DNA of 38,975 nucleotides, taken from Pseudobdellovibrionaceae bacterium. Lineage in GTDB: Bacteria; Bdellovibrionota; Bdellovibrionia; Bdellovibrionales; Bdellovibrionaceae. The notes beneath the pieces were generated by a model. The model saw only the letters and a list, made by a program, of their open reading frames with translations. It was not told where the DNA came from and ran no database searches. The stretch covers positions 1 to 38,975 of the forward strand of contig JBIKLL010000019.1 of the NCBI GenBank assembly GCA_044359815.1. The letters are read 5' to 3'. The first letter of the stretch is position 1; each line of letters opens with the position of its first letter. Shown one piece after another: positions 1-10,456 of the stretch. The position numbers and the translations under genes were made by a program.

Positions 1-1034
1 GCCACATTATGCAAAAGTTCTTTTTCAAGACGCTCTAAAATTTTACGACTTGTAACCTGTTTGCCGTCTTTGCCACCAAAAGGACCATCATTCACAGAAA
101 AAATCATACCCACTGTTGGCTCTTCAACTCTAATTCTGGGCAGTGGTTTGGGATCAGCGGCAGAGGTAATCGTGTCACCAATCGAAAAATCCTCCATACC
201 TGCAACGATCGCAATATCACCCGCACCAATTTCTTGAACTTGAACGGGTTGATTCACATGATATTGAAACAAGGCACTGACCTTGAGTTTTTTATTTCCC
301 TTTTCCATGGTGCACATAACATCGTCGCCAACTTTGATCGCACCGGCTCTGACACGACCAATTGCCAAACGACCCACAAAACTGTTGTAAGACAGATTTG
401 AAACTAAAATTTGTAATGGTTTGTTGGCTTCAACCTTGGGCGGTGGCACCAAGTTCACGATTTTTTCGTACAGAACCTTTAAATTATCGGTGTGATTTTG
501 TGGATCCAATGTGGCCATGCCTTCACGGGCAATTGTGTAGACTGTTACAAAGTCGGCCTGTTCTTCGGTAGCATCCAAATCAATAAACAAATCAAAAACT
601 TCATTTAAAACTTCTTGAATCCTGGCATCCGGACGATCGATCTTGTTGATACAGACAATGATTTTCAAATTTTGCTCAAGTGCTTTACGCAAAACAAATC
701 TGGTCTGTGGCAAGGGTCCTTCACTGGCGTCAACTAATAGCAAAGCTCCATCAACCATGTTTAAAACACGTTCAACCTCGCCGCCAAAGTCACTATGCCC
801 GGGTGTATCGACGATATTGATTCGGTAACCATCATAGCTAAATGATGCATTTTTCGCGGCAATTGTAATCCCGCGTTCACGCTCCAGATCCATAGAATCC
901 ATAAGTCTGTTTTCGACCTGTTCGTTTTCACGAAAAGTTCCAGCTTGTTTGATCAAATGATCAACCAATGTGGTTTTGCCATGATCGACGTGTGCAATGA
1001 TTGCGATATTTCTGATTTTTTCAGGATTAAACAT
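1..1034 (-). CDS. typA: Translational GTPase TypA/BipA (partial; 3' end runs off the window)
   Basis: Not in the ORF track. Manual translation from ATG at 1034 gives [25 protein letters not shown]...ERERGITI...[14 protein letters not shown]...NKID, and at the window edge ...[12 protein letters not shown]. These are G1-G4 motifs and TypA-type sequence. Confidence 0.95.
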   Translation of the reverse strand, partial: MFNPEKIRNIAIIAHVDHGKTTLVDHLIKQAGTFRENEQVENRLMDSMDLERERGITIAAKNASFSYDGYRINIVDTPGHSDFGGEVERVLNMVDGALLLVDASEGPLPQTRFVLRKALEQNLKIIVCINKIDRPDARIQEVLNEVFDLFIDLDATEEQADFVTVYTIAREGMATLDPQNHTDNLKVLYEKIVNLVPPPKVEANKPLQILVSNLSYNSFVGRLAIGRVRAGAIKVGDDVMCTMEKGNKKLKVSALFQYHVNQPVQVQEIGAGDIAIVAGMEDFSIGDTITSAADPKPLPRIRVEEPTVGMIFSVNDGPFGGKDGKQVTSRKILERLEKELLHNV

Positions 1035-1059
1035 AGATCATCCATTCTAGCTAAGTAGC

Positions 1060-2076
1060 TTAGCCGTGTCCACCCATTAAAAAACCCTGATTGTCAGGAT
1101 TGTGCTGCTCTTGGGAATTACAGCTCTTAAAATAACTGATTGTTGCATCAAATACGGCCTGCGTGTCCTCAAGTTGAAAAACCTGCCTACGAAACTGGCT
1201 TGCATTTGGATAACCAGTGGAAAACCATATCGAAAGTTTTTTCAGTTGGATATTAAAAATTCTAGGAGCGCAGTGTTTTGACAATCTCAAATACAAATTT
1301 TCAATCACTTGATCCATTGGTAGTACATCTGCACTAGAATTTTTCAATAATTGCAAAGACTGACGAATGATTTGTGGATTTTTAAGCACTCCTCGGCCAA
1401 TCAAAATACCATCACAACCCGATTGCTGCAGTTTCTGAACAGCTTGATTAGCTGTGACCACATCGCCATTTCCCAAAACTGCGATTTTTGACTGAGATTT
1501 TATTTGTTTGATGTAATCCCAATCAGCCAAACCATCATAAGCCTGCGATCGAGTTCGTCCATGAATTGCCACCCAGGTCACACCCTCATTGTAAGCAATA
1601 TTGCAGACTTGATCCGCATTTCGCGATCCCTGATCCCAACCTGTTCGAATTTTTATCGTTAGAGGTATTGAAATAGCATTTTTAACGGCAGAAATTATTT
1701 TTGTTAAATGAGGCAAATCCTTAAGAGCCGCCGATCCGCCACCCTTTTTTGTGACTTTCGGAACAGGACATCCAAAATTAATATCTATAAAATCTGCCCC
1801 CTTGTCCTGAGCAACTTGGGCCGCATAGGCCATGATTTCAGGATCCTCGCCAAAAATCTGTATACCCAAGGGATGTTGGTTGGGTTCAAACTGAAGCATC
1901 TGCAAAGTCTTTTCAGAACCGTACTTTATGGCAGTAGCCGAGATCAATTCCGTCACAACTATGCCAGCACCCTGATCTTTCATAAAACTGCGAAACGCGT
2001 TGTCAGTGATCGCAGCCATTGGTGCCACTACAAAAGGATTTTCCTGCAAATAAGACAATAGTTTAACTGAATCCAT
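1060..2076 (-). CDS. dusB: tRNA-dihydrouridine synthase (DusB-like)
   Basis: APMA, QIFG, DINFGCP, KIRTGW, HGRT, NGDV and IGRG motifs of the Dus family. Confidence 0.9.
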   Translation of the reverse strand: MDSVKLLSYLQENPFVVAPMAAITDNAFRSFMKDQGAGIVVTELISATAIKYGSEKTLQMLQFEPNQHPLGIQIFGEDPEIMAYAAQVAQDKGADFIDINFGCPVPKVTKKGGGSAALKDLPHLTKIISAVKNAISIPLTIKIRTGWDQGSRNADQVCNIAYNEGVTWVAIHGRTRSQAYDGLADWDYIKQIKSQSKIAVLGNGDVVTANQAVQKLQQSGCDGILIGRGVLKNPQIIRQSLQLLKNSSADVLPMDQVIENLYLRLSKHCAPRIFNIQLKKLSIWFSTGYPNASQFRRQVFQLEDTQAVFDATISYFKSCNSQEQHNPDNQGFLMGGHG

Positions 2077-2138
2077 ACCAAGGGCTATTTATCCCGAAAA
2101 TGATTTCTGAATCCATTAAAAAAACCGAAAATGTAACT

Positions 2139-3278
2139 ATGAAGGTCAATAAATGGACCCTATTGGGTTCAATGATATTTTGTCTGGTGCTGTTTCAGAA
2201 CTTTATACCCAGGTTTTCTGATCAAGCCCCTGAACGCCGACCCCGGATATTCTTTCTGGGACTGGCTGATTCATTGTGGGTCCCGTTGGATTTGGGAAAG
2301 ATCGAAAAATCAGACATGGCTTTTATCATCAGTGAGCAGCTAAAACGAGCCACCAAGCCAGGGGTATATGTTTTGGATTTCGGCTCTGCAAAAATTCTGT
2401 CTGAATGGCTCAAGGACCCTATATTTATCACGCAAATTTATAACTGGCTCAAAGAAAATCCCGTCAAGTTTGCCCTGACTTTACCATTGAGCAATTGTGT
2501 TGATGCCAATCAGGTTAATTCTGAACTGGGCAGCATTTTACCAGACGGGACCCCGATAAATCTGAAATATTCATTTTTTACTTTTGATCTGAGCTCGGCG
2601 ACTGATTTAAAAAAATGTGCCAGCACATTAAAAGCAACGGTTGAACGTATTTCTGAATACAAAAAACATTGGAATGATTTGAGTGATTCCAGCGTTAATG
2701 TCGGCATGCTATTAAATGATCCTAACCAAGTCGAAGCCGCTTCATTGGGTTCCTTGTTAACAGACGCTTTGGATAATGTTGGTATGGATCTACATTACAT
2801 TCAAAAAACTTCTGATTCAAAAATATCGGCAGAAGTTTGGAAGGACAACTTTCTGAAACTGAAATCAGTTTATGGAACCAGTAAATTTGGCGCCGTAGTG
2901 ACTCAAACAGAAAAAATAAAATTAGGTGGGTTAGATTTTGTACAAACCACATCGACTGATTTAGCTTTGCAACCACCTAACGTTGGCGGAAAAGTTCAAA
3001 TCAACAACGGACATTATTTGTCTGGTTGGCTGTTTATGAATGATGTCGTGAATACCGCGGTATATATCGAGATTTTTGAGAATAAAGAATCCCTGCACAA
3101 AGGGCAAAAACCTTTGGCCACATTTAAATTTGATCGCCCCAAAAGCTGCAATAAAGTCGATCCCTGCAGACTGGACATCAACAATCTGGAATTACCCATT
3201 AGCTTTCAGCACCGTTTGAAAGAAATGGTCGCCGTCGTCATGGATCAACAACATTTAACTTACACAGAGCTCAAGTAG
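2139..3278 (+). CDS. Hypothetical membrane-anchored or secreted protein
   Basis: Long ORF (track start 2100). ATG 2139 gives an N-terminal signal/TM segment ending LVLFQNF. No family recognised. Confidence 0.7.
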   Translation: MKVNKWTLLGSMIFCLVLFQNFIPRFSDQAPERRPRIFFLGLADSLWVPLDLGKIEKSDMAFIISEQLKRATKPGVYVLDFGSAKILSEWLKDPIFITQIYNWLKENPVKFALTLPLSNCVDANQVNSELGSILPDGTPINLKYSFFTFDLSSATDLKKCASTLKATVERISEYKKHWNDLSDSSVNVGMLLNDPNQVEAASLGSLLTDALDNVGMDLHYIQKTSDSKISAEVWKDNFLKLKSVYGTSKFGAVVTQTEKIKLGGLDFVQTTSTDLALQPPNVGGKVQINNGHYLSGWLFMNDVVNTAVYIEIFENKESLHKGQKPLATFKFDRPKSCNKVDPCRLDINNLELPISFQHRLKEMVAVVMDQQHLTYTELK

Positions 3279-3282
3279 CAGA

Positions 3283-3504
3283 CAAAATTTATATTCAAGA
3301 CATGGCGTCCTTTTCATAGAATAAAAAATTAAATATATAATTCTATTTAAAACGGTCACAGCTCTTTATTTCGTATCGCCACTCAAATCGCTCGGCCCAA
3401 AGGGCCCCGCCTTCCAGGCTCCGCAGAGGAGCGTTTTAAATAGAATTATATATTTAATTTTTTATTCTATGAAAAGGACGCCGGGTCCAATAATTTAAAT
3501 TTTG
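3283..3504 (-). repeat. Long-hairpin element copy 1: perfect 51-bp inverted repeat around a conserved GC-rich core
   Basis: Arms 3304-3354 and 3432-3482 are exact reverse complements. Outer pairing CAAAATTTA (3283-3291) with TAAATTTTG (3496-3504). Core 3354-3432 is shared with copies at 17781-17842 and 28590-28652. The strand label is only the orientation relative to copy 3. Confidence 0.9.
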
Positions 3505-3589
3505 GATAATTGATTTGCTTTTGATTTGTTGTACCATCAAAATCTTAAATGTTTTTGGATTGAAGCATTTTATATAAAGCGAGGTTGTT

Positions 3590-4138
3590 TTGAAAAACAC
3601 TGTGATCAGATTAATGGATGGGACGCTGGCAAAATTATTTAAATTTGAAAAACGGATAAAGTTTTTACTGTTAGCTGTTTTTTCATCGGTGCTTTGTTTC
3701 GGTCAATTTAGCTTAGCTGGTAACCTGGGTTTGGGTCTGATTTTGGGATCACCCACTGCATTTACTGGAAAATTTTATCGCACAAACACGATTGCCTATG
3801 ATTTTGGAATTGCGTTTTCACTGTCTGATTATTTGTTGGTTTATTCGGATTATTTAATCCACGTGCCTAATGGAGTTTTTAAAAACCCGCGACTGACTCC
3901 GTATTATGGAATTGGCGGAATTGTTGTTTCAACCAGAACCTCTAGATCCAGCAATGATAAAATTTTGGGTAAGGATTCTGGCTCTTTGGGTGCAGGAGTC
4001 CGTGTTCCATTCGGTGTGGACTGGCGACCAGCGACTCCTCCATTGGCGTTTTTTGCAGAAATAGTTCCTGGATTAGCTGTGATTCCTGAAACCGGCGTTT
4101 TGGTCGAAGGTGGAATTGGCCTACGGTATTTTTTCTGA
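3590..4138 (+). CDS. Small outer-membrane beta-barrel-like protein (DUF3996-like)
   Basis: Signal peptide, then GLGLILGSPTAFTGK, amphipathic strands (GVRVPFGVDW, FFAEIVPGL) and C-terminal GIGLRYFF. The true start may be downstream of the TTG. Confidence 0.65.
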   Translation: MKNTVIRLMDGTLAKLFKFEKRIKFLLLAVFSSVLCFGQFSLAGNLGLGLILGSPTAFTGKFYRTNTIAYDFGIAFSLSDYLLVYSDYLIHVPNGVFKNPRLTPYYGIGGIVVSTRTSRSSNDKILGKDSGSLGAGVRVPFGVDWRPATPPLAFFAEIVPGLAVIPETGVLVEGGIGLRYFF

Positions 4139-4146
4139 ATTAAAAA

Positions 4147-5757
4147 CTAGGTGTTCACACATTTTAAAAACTGAGGGCCGCTGATTAAAACAACTGAGCT
4201 GCGTGGAACCTTTTTGCCACGATCCGGCCAATCACTGGTCAGGTTAGCCAAATCTTTGGTGTCCTCACCTGGATGTTGCACCGACAGAATCAGCGCTTCA
4301 CTGTTGGGTAAAAAACAGGGCCCTGTAAATTCAGCACCCATGGGTGCCGAAGCTACTTGAATAGGCGTCCCCGCATGAGGTCCGCTCATCGGTATAAACA
4401 ACAAAGCATTGTTGCCAAAATTTTTGTAGGCCTCTTTCAAAGCCGGATTAAACGATCGGTCTGTTGTAATCCACAAATTCCCACCTTTATCGAAGGCCAA
4501 ATTATCTGGACAACTGAGCCCGGATTCCAGGCCACCCATCATCCAAGTTTTGTAATCAAATTCCATCGACAGTGGATTAGAACCTGATTCAGAAATTTTC
4601 AAAATACTGCCGTGGGGCCGCCCCTTGGGAATATTGTTGGTCAATGCAATAAAAATATCTTTGGTGATGGGATCTTGTTTTATGTCTTCGGGCCGATCCA
4701 ATGGAGTTCCACCAACGACTTTTGCGGCTTCCCGAGCAAAACACAAAAGCTCAGTTTGGTCATAAAACATTTCTGCTAATTTTGGATGCGCGGATAAAAC
4801 CAAGGGCATCCATCGTTTGTTTTCTAAACTGGCTACAAACAGAGTTCCTGTTTCCAATGAATTGGGTTTGTCTGAAATAAATTTATAAATGCACTGATCA
4901 TTTGCATCATCACCCATGTACACAACGGTTCTGCCATCAGCAGCTTTTACACAGGTCGCGCCTTCATGGGAAAATCTGCCCAAGGCCACAAGCTTTTTAC
5001 CCTCACCAGTTGCAGGATTGATTTCAACAACCCAACCATAATGCATAGGTGATCTGGGATAATACTGTGCCCATCCCATGTCTTCTTTCTCGTGAAAAAC
5101 TTTTGTCTTGTCCGCTGAGGATTTAAAATCCCCGTAAAAATGCATAAAATTTTCTTCGCAAGTTAAAACCGTTCCCCAAGGCGTGACCCCTCCAGCACAA
5201 TTTCCCAAAGTTCCTAACGCCGTGTTTGATCCATCAATTTGTCTGAGGGCTGAAAACTTCAAAGGTGTTTTAGCTGTGATTCTGCGATTAAATGGGTGGG
5301 TTTTATCGACCTTCCAAATGCCTTCGTCCTTCAACATTCTAACAATACTGCCACCGACTGCATCCATTTCGGCACTCACTATTTCCTTGGGCTTCTTGCT
5401 GCCAGGTTTATCCACATATCCCAGATGTAAAAGTGAATTCACGTCTTCGTGATTCGTCCATAAATAGCCTTCGACTGGGTTACTGCTATCCAAAGGAATA
5501 AAGGCATTAAAATCACAGTTTGAACCAAATTTCTGTGCAGAGTCTGCACTGATGTTTTCGTTTGATTTCAGCAAAACAGAATAACTAAAGCCCTTGGCTA
5601 AAACTAAATCATCGGCTTTTGTTGGCGCCAATCTGGTAAAAGTACTTTCTAAAGATGGTTTCACCAAAGTCGAACATCCCACAGTTGGTGCAATGGCTGC
5701 AACCACTCCGGTTCTGCCAATAAATTCTAAAAACTGTCTTCTGGTTAACTGATCCAA
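4147..5757 (-). CDS. phoX: PhoX-family (DUF839) alkaline phosphatase, Tat-exported, probable lipoprotein
   Basis: TRRQFL twin-arginine signal and VGC lipobox-like Cys. Motifs NHE, NCAGGVTPWGTVLTCEEN, GRFSHE, DRPED, PDNL, AEFTGP and SVQHPGE. Confidence 0.85.
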   Translation of the reverse strand: MDQLTRRQFLEFIGRTGVVAAIAPTVGCSTLVKPSLESTFTRLAPTKADDLVLAKGFSYSVLLKSNENISADSAQKFGSNCDFNAFIPLDSSNPVEGYLWTNHEDVNSLLHLGYVDKPGSKKPKEIVSAEMDAVGGSIVRMLKDEGIWKVDKTHPFNRRITAKTPLKFSALRQIDGSNTALGTLGNCAGGVTPWGTVLTCEENFMHFYGDFKSSADKTKVFHEKEDMGWAQYYPRSPMHYGWVVEINPATGEGKKLVALGRFSHEGATCVKAADGRTVVYMGDDANDQCIYKFISDKPNSLETGTLFVASLENKRWMPLVLSAHPKLAEMFYDQTELLCFAREAAKVVGGTPLDRPEDIKQDPITKDIFIALTNNIPKGRPHGSILKISESGSNPLSMEFDYKTWMMGGLESGLSCPDNLAFDKGGNLWITTDRSFNPALKEAYKNFGNNALLFIPMSGPHAGTPIQVASAPMGAEFTGPCFLPNSEALILSVQHPGEDTKDLANLTSDWPDRGKKVPRSSVVLISGPQFLKCVNT

Positions 5758-6344
5758 TTGATTCTTCCTTCCAATTTACGAGGTGCTTTCGGCGGATTGT
5801 GATCTGGATACCCTAAAGTGACTGCACAAAGCAACTCTAGTTCTGTCAAATTATAGTCAGGTAAATCTTGAATTTTTAAAAACTCATCGACTTGCTGCTT
5901 GATTTCCAATGGAGCCCCCATGGTGCAAGTCCCCAAACCCTCGACTAAAGCTGATAAGCAGATATTCTGCACAGCCATGTAGACACTGCCAACGCTGGTT
6001 AAATGTTTTTCTTCAGGTGAGTTGCACGAGTAGCAAAATATAATCACCGGAGCTTCGCCCAAAGTATAAAAAAATCTTTCTGTAAACTCATACAGCGAAG
6101 GCTTTAATTGTTTTTGCAGGACAGCCTTGATCCCTTCAAATGATTTTTGCGAATAGTGCAAATACTCGTTTCGCTTGTCACCTGTCACAACAAAAAATTT
6201 CCAGTTCTGTCTGTTCTTTCCGCTAGGTGCGTGAGTCGCAGCATTCAGAATTCTTTCAATGACCTCTTTCGGAGGAAGGTCTGGTCTGTATTTACGAATA
6301 GATTTTCTGGATTCGATTAGGCGATAAAAGTCTTCCTTATTCAT
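5745..6344 (-). CDS. Nitroreductase family protein
   Basis: RKSIRKY, APSGKNRQNWKF, GLGTC and LGYP motifs. Overlaps the phoX start, suggesting co-transcription. Confidence 0.9.
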   Translation of the reverse strand: MNKEDFYRLIESRKSIRKYRPDLPPKEVIERILNAATHAPSGKNRQNWKFFVVTGDKRNEYLHYSQKSFEGIKAVLQKQLKPSLYEFTERFFYTLGEAPVIIFCYSCNSPEEKHLTSVGSVYMAVQNICLSALVEGLGTCTMGAPLEIKQQVDEFLKIQDLPDYNLTELELLCAVTLGYPDHNPPKAPRKLEGRINWIS

Positions 6345-6367
6345 AGTTTTTCAGTATAAATTTTATT

Positions 6368-6844
6368 ATGCGCTTTTGTCTATTTTTACTGAGTCATATT
6401 CATTGGCTGATTACGGGTGTCGCAGTGATCGGGATTTTTTTGCTGACGCAAGAAAAATACGCCAATTGGACCCGGGACACTTTTCAGTCAAACCGTAAAA
6501 AGATTTATTCTTATGCAGAAATGCAGATTCCAAACTCAACAGAAAAAATAACTGTCTACAAGGTTTTGTCTGAGGGCTCCTTGGTCCTTGAGGCACTGTT
6601 CGAGGACGATGGCAGAGTCACAGATCGTCGCAGGCTAGTACTGCCCCAAAGTCAAAATGCCTTTATGAATTTCAGGGGACAATACACTGATTTGGTTTTG
6701 TCAGATTTTGATAATGATGGAACCTTAGAGCTGGTGGCCCCGGCTTTTGATAACGAGATGATACCCAGGCTTAATATCTTCAGACTGGATCCCGAAAATC
6801 ATGGTTTCACAAAACTGGGACCTGGATCGACTACTTTTTTTTAG
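6368..6844 (+). CDS. Hypothetical membrane protein with a DxDxDG (DFDNDG) motif
   Basis: N-terminal TM helix and an FG-GAP/EF-like DFDNDGTLEL. Convergent 14-bp overlap with mltG. Confidence 0.6.
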   Translation: MRFCLFLLSHIHWLITGVAVIGIFLLTQEKYANWTRDTFQSNRKKIYSYAEMQIPNSTEKITVYKVLSEGSLVLEALFEDDGRVTDRRRLVLPQSQNAFMNFRGQYTDLVLSDFDNDGTLELVAPAFDNEMIPRLNIFRLDPENHGFTKLGPGSTTFF

Positions 6845-7898
6845 GATTCTCTGAGTCTTGCATTTGGCGCCAGCTCTTGCCCTCGCGTGCCTGACGATCA
6901 ATCTGATATTTTCTGACAGCTTCCTGGTGTTCTTTATAAGTTTCACTGAATGCATGACGGCCTTCATTCATTGAAACGAAAAACAAATACTTAGATTGTT
7001 CGGGCTTCACTGATGCTAAAATAGCTTCCCGGCCCGGATTGGCTATGGGTCCAGGCGGCAGTCCCTTAATCACATAGGTATTGTATTTTGTAGGACGCAA
7101 AATATCTGCCTTACGAATATTCAAAACCAATTTTCCCTGCTCTTCAGCCATGCCATACAAAATTGTCGGATCAGTTTGCAGCAGCATACCTTTAGCCATT
7201 CTGTTGTGAAACACTGACGAAATCAGCGGCCTTTCCTCGGGGGCACCGGTTTCTTTCTCGACAATGCTGGCCAGGGTTATGACTTTGTGTCGGGTCCATC
7301 CATTAGGTAATGGCAGTTTTAGCTCTGACCAGACATCCTTAAATTTTTTAATCATCATCTCGATCAGTTGCTCGGCACTGGTAAATCGAGTGAATGCATA
7401 AGTTTCGGGAAACAAATAACCTTCCAATGAAATCTGCTTTTCGGACAAATACTTTTCAATGATTTTTGGATCTCGCACCAGTTTTAAAAACTCTTCTTTG
7501 CTGCAGATTCCCTTTTGTTGAAATATTTCGGCAATTTCAAAAATATTCAGGCCCTCAGACAGGGTCACTGTGCGTTCAAAGCTTTTACCCGAAGTGATTA
7601 TATTCAAAATTTCCAAGGCATTCATATCTGTTGCTAGCAGGTATTCACCTGCCTTGACCCGGGCTGTTTGCCCTGTCGCACGAGCGAAAAAATAAAAAGC
7701 ATTTTTATGACCTAGCAAACCTTTTTCAAATAAATTATTAGTGATTTCTTTGAAAGATTCGCCCTTTTGAATCTCAAAAATAATTTCTTGATGCATATAG
7801 GATGCAGGATTGTGCAAATACTTGTTGTACATGAAATAACCGCCACCCAACATGCAAACAACAAAAACCAGAAATACGATATAGACTGATTTTTTCAA
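6831..7898 (-). CDS. mltG: Endolytic transglycosylase MltG (YceG)
   Basis: N-terminal TM, LEGYLFPETY, ASIVEKET (catalytic Glu), LQTDPT, YNTY and GLPPGPIANPG. Confidence 0.95.
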   Translation of the reverse strand: MKKSVYIVFLVFVVCMLGGGYFMYNKYLHNPASYMHQEIIFEIQKGESFKEITNNLFEKGLLGHKNAFYFFARATGQTARVKAGEYLLATDMNALEILNIITSGKSFERTVTLSEGLNIFEIAEIFQQKGICSKEEFLKLVRDPKIIEKYLSEKQISLEGYLFPETYAFTRFTSAEQLIEMMIKKFKDVWSELKLPLPNGWTRHKVITLASIVEKETGAPEERPLISSVFHNRMAKGMLLQTDPTILYGMAEEQGKLVLNIRKADILRPTKYNTYVIKGLPPGPIANPGREAILASVKPEQSKYLFFVSMNEGRHAFSETYKEHQEAVRKYQIDRQAREGKSWRQMQDSENPKKK

Positions 7899-7901
7899 GC
7901 G

Positions 7902-9413
7902 TTAATCTTTCACCGGATATTGAATGCCTGGCATATTTTTGCTGGGATCATAGGGTGTCTGATCCAACAAACTGGCCACAGGCACAGAACAATACTGGAT
8001 TGCAAAATGCGCAGAGGGCCTGTCATTACCTGATTTACCCATGCCACCAAATGGCAACTTTGAGCTGGCACCGTTGGTAGTGCGGTTCCAATTTAACAAT
8101 CCTACTCTGGCTTCCAGTTGAGCCTGTTTGAATTTGGCTTCGTCTTTGGTAAACAAACTAAGTGCTAAACCAAAACCTGTTGAGTTGGTGATTTGCAAAG
8201 ATTCTTCCAAACTGCTGATTTTATAAACGGCTACGTTGGGCCCAAAGATTTCTGTCTTTTGATAAACAGATTTGGGATCAAATTTAGGTACGATATTAAT
8301 ACTGGGGGTTACATAGTAACCTTTGTGTTTTAAATCTAAAACCTTACCACGCATAAGGCTTTCTGCGTTTTCACGTTTAGCGATTTCTTGAAATCTCAGA
8401 TATTTTTCAACGGCGACTTCATTTATTAAAGGCCCCATAAAAACATTTTCTGACCAATGACCAATGCTGATTTTTTTGGCTGCATTGTAAAATTGATCCA
8501 CGAACTGATCATAAATTCTATCATGCACTATCAATCGACTGGTTCCTGAACATCTTTGGCCCGTCGTTAAAAAACATCCCACCAAAGATTCGTAAATAGC
8601 CTTATCGATATCTGCATCGTCAAAAACTATGGTGGCATTTTTTCCACCCATTTCTAGAGCTAAAATTTTCCAATAGTGGTGCAAGGTCTCTTGTTTGATT
8701 TTCAGCCCAACTTCATAGGACCCAGTAAATAAAACTCCATCGACCGATTCGTGGCTGACCAGCTTTCTGCCAGATTCGCCATCGCCTTGAACCAGATTAA
8801 AAACACCTTTTGGAAATTCTGCTTTTTCAAAACACTTAGCTATCCACTGACCCACATAAGGAGTTTGTTCCGAAGGTTTAAATACCACTGTGTTTCCCAT
8901 AATTAGCGAGGGCACAATGTGACCATTTGGCAAATGGGCTGGGAAATTAAATGGCCCCAACACAGCCATCACGCCGCGTGGTTTATAGAAAATCAATCCA
9001 TCCACCGATGGTAAAGCATTTTTAACAGTTTCATCTGCTACTAATTTTAATGAATGCCCCAAGGTCACATCGATTTTTGATGCCAGCAAACCGGCTTCAT
9101 TTAATCCTTCCCACATGGGCTTTCCGGTATCTCGGCAAATTGCTTTTGCTAAATCATCTTTGTGTGCTTCAAAAACTTCTTTGAGTTTATTCAGATAGCC
9201 TTTGCGTTGATCCAGACTGAGCTTTGCCCACGGCAAAAAAGCTTCACGAGCAGCGGCCACGGCCTTGTCGATATTTGAATAGGAAAACGGCACGGTCATG
9301 ATTGAATCTGTTAAATCAGCTGGGGAAATGTCCTTGAACTGCCCATCGCTGTTAGTGACAGGAACAAATTTGCCACTGATAAAATCTCCTAAATATTGGT
9401 TTGCTGGATTCAT
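7902..9413 (-). CDS. astD: Succinylglutamate-semialdehyde dehydrogenase-like aldehyde dehydrogenase
   Basis: GPFNFPAHLPNGH, FKPSE, FTGS, LALEMGGKN and GQRC motifs. Adjacent to an astA homolog. Confidence 0.8.
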   Translation of the reverse strand: MNPANQYLGDFISGKFVPVTNSDGQFKDISPADLTDSIMTVPFSYSNIDKAVAAAREAFLPWAKLSLDQRKGYLNKLKEVFEAHKDDLAKAICRDTGKPMWEGLNEAGLLASKIDVTLGHSLKLVADETVKNALPSVDGLIFYKPRGVMAVLGPFNFPAHLPNGHIVPSLIMGNTVVFKPSEQTPYVGQWIAKCFEKAEFPKGVFNLVQGDGESGRKLVSHESVDGVLFTGSYEVGLKIKQETLHHYWKILALEMGGKNATIVFDDADIDKAIYESLVGCFLTTGQRCSGTSRLIVHDRIYDQFVDQFYNAAKKISIGHWSENVFMGPLINEVAVEKYLRFQEIAKRENAESLMRGKVLDLKHKGYYVTPSINIVPKFDPKSVYQKTEIFGPNVAVYKISSLEESLQITNSTGFGLALSLFTKDEAKFKQAQLEARVGLLNWNRTTNGASSKLPFGGMGKSGNDRPSAHFAIQYCSVPVASLLDQTPYDPSKNMPGIQYPVKD

Positions 9414-10456
9414 CTTTGTTCCTTTCTGAGGTTTTCATAAACAAAAGGTGTTAAAAAAACTTCTTCACCCAAATCTAATCCCAAAACCTGCCTGTCCTTT
9501 TCAGGAATAGCCACAGTGGATTCCCTAATATCATAATGTACTAAGCTGCATCGAAAGTCTTTATTGACCCCGCACATCAGTCCCTGATTTTTAAATGAGG
9601 GATCCTTGAAATCCTGCAATTTAAGCTTTTTACCCTGTTTGATGGGCGCAATGTCCTCGGTCTTTGAACCATAATGTGGACCACCATCAAATGGATCGAC
9701 CTCATCTAAATACTCAAAACCAATACTTTCTAACAAATGCTGTGCAGGTTTTGTATGCTCGCCCACGCGGCCAACCACTGATCGAGCCTTTGCATCCAAC
9801 AGACATAAATAGACGTCTTCTTGAGGAAACAATGATTTAATAAATTCTTTGTGTGACTGCGATAACATATCGGCTTCCTGATAAGGCAACCCTGTAAATC
9901 GTCTGCCCAGTGCTTCCCAAAATTCAGATCGACCTTCGTCAGTCAGTGGCGGTGTTAGTTCACACAAAACGCGGTCTTCAAATCTTTTTCTGTTCAATGC
10001 AATGTAAGCAAATCGGGACAGACTGATTTGCTTGCCCAGTTTCTCGGGACGACGACGGTAAGATTTATCCACCAACAACCCACCAATTTCTGTAGGTCCG
10101 TCTTCGTCAGTTTGAAATCGCAGCACCTGATGGATAAAACCAATACCCAGATCATCGCTGTACAGACTCTTTTTAAAAATTTTAAAAAAATTGTGCGGAA
10201 TGGCTTTACTGCCATGCTTGGCTAAAATCAAAGAACTGCCAATAACTTGTTTTTCCTCGGTGTCTTCCAGAACGAACAGGTATTCAGATTCTGTTTTTTT
10301 AAGCTTTCCCTTAAACGATTGCAGACTGCGATCGATTTTTTGCCCCAGGACCTTCTTATCACCCGGCAGGTTTAATAAATTAAACTGCCTGGCCAAATCC
10401 GTAAGCTGATTTAAATCATCTGCTACCACTGGTCTGACTACAAAACTCATAAACAA
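9410..10456 (-). CDS. astA: Arginine N-succinyltransferase family protein
   Basis: YLFVLED, TEIGGL, LSRF, SEFWEALGRRF, FGYLD-like FEYLDEVDPFDGGP motifs typical of AstA. Confidence 0.88.
   Translation of the reverse strand: MFMSFVVRPVVADDLNQLTDLARQFNLLNLPGDKKVLGQKIDRSLQSFKGKLKKTESEYLFVLEDTEEKQVIGSSLILAKHGSKAIPHNFFKIFKKSLYSDDLGIGFIHQVLRFQTDEDGPTEIGGLLVDKSYRRRPEKLGKQISLSRFAYIALNRKRFEDRVLCELTPPLTDEGRSEFWEALGRRFTGLPYQEADMLSQSHKEFIKSLFPQEDVYLCLLDAKARSVVGRVGEHTKPAQHLLESIGFEYLDEVDPFDGGPHYGSKTEDIAPIKQGKKLKLQDFKDPSFKNQGLMCGVNKDFRCSLVHYDIRESTVAIPEKDRQVLGLDLGEEVFLTPFVYENLRKEQR

Noticed and set aside
3304..3482. Simple Rho-independent terminator or CRISPR repeat
   Set aside because: The stem is far too long and AT-rich with a structured loop of about 77 nt. 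The copies are dispersed, not arrayed with spacers, and no cas genes are present.
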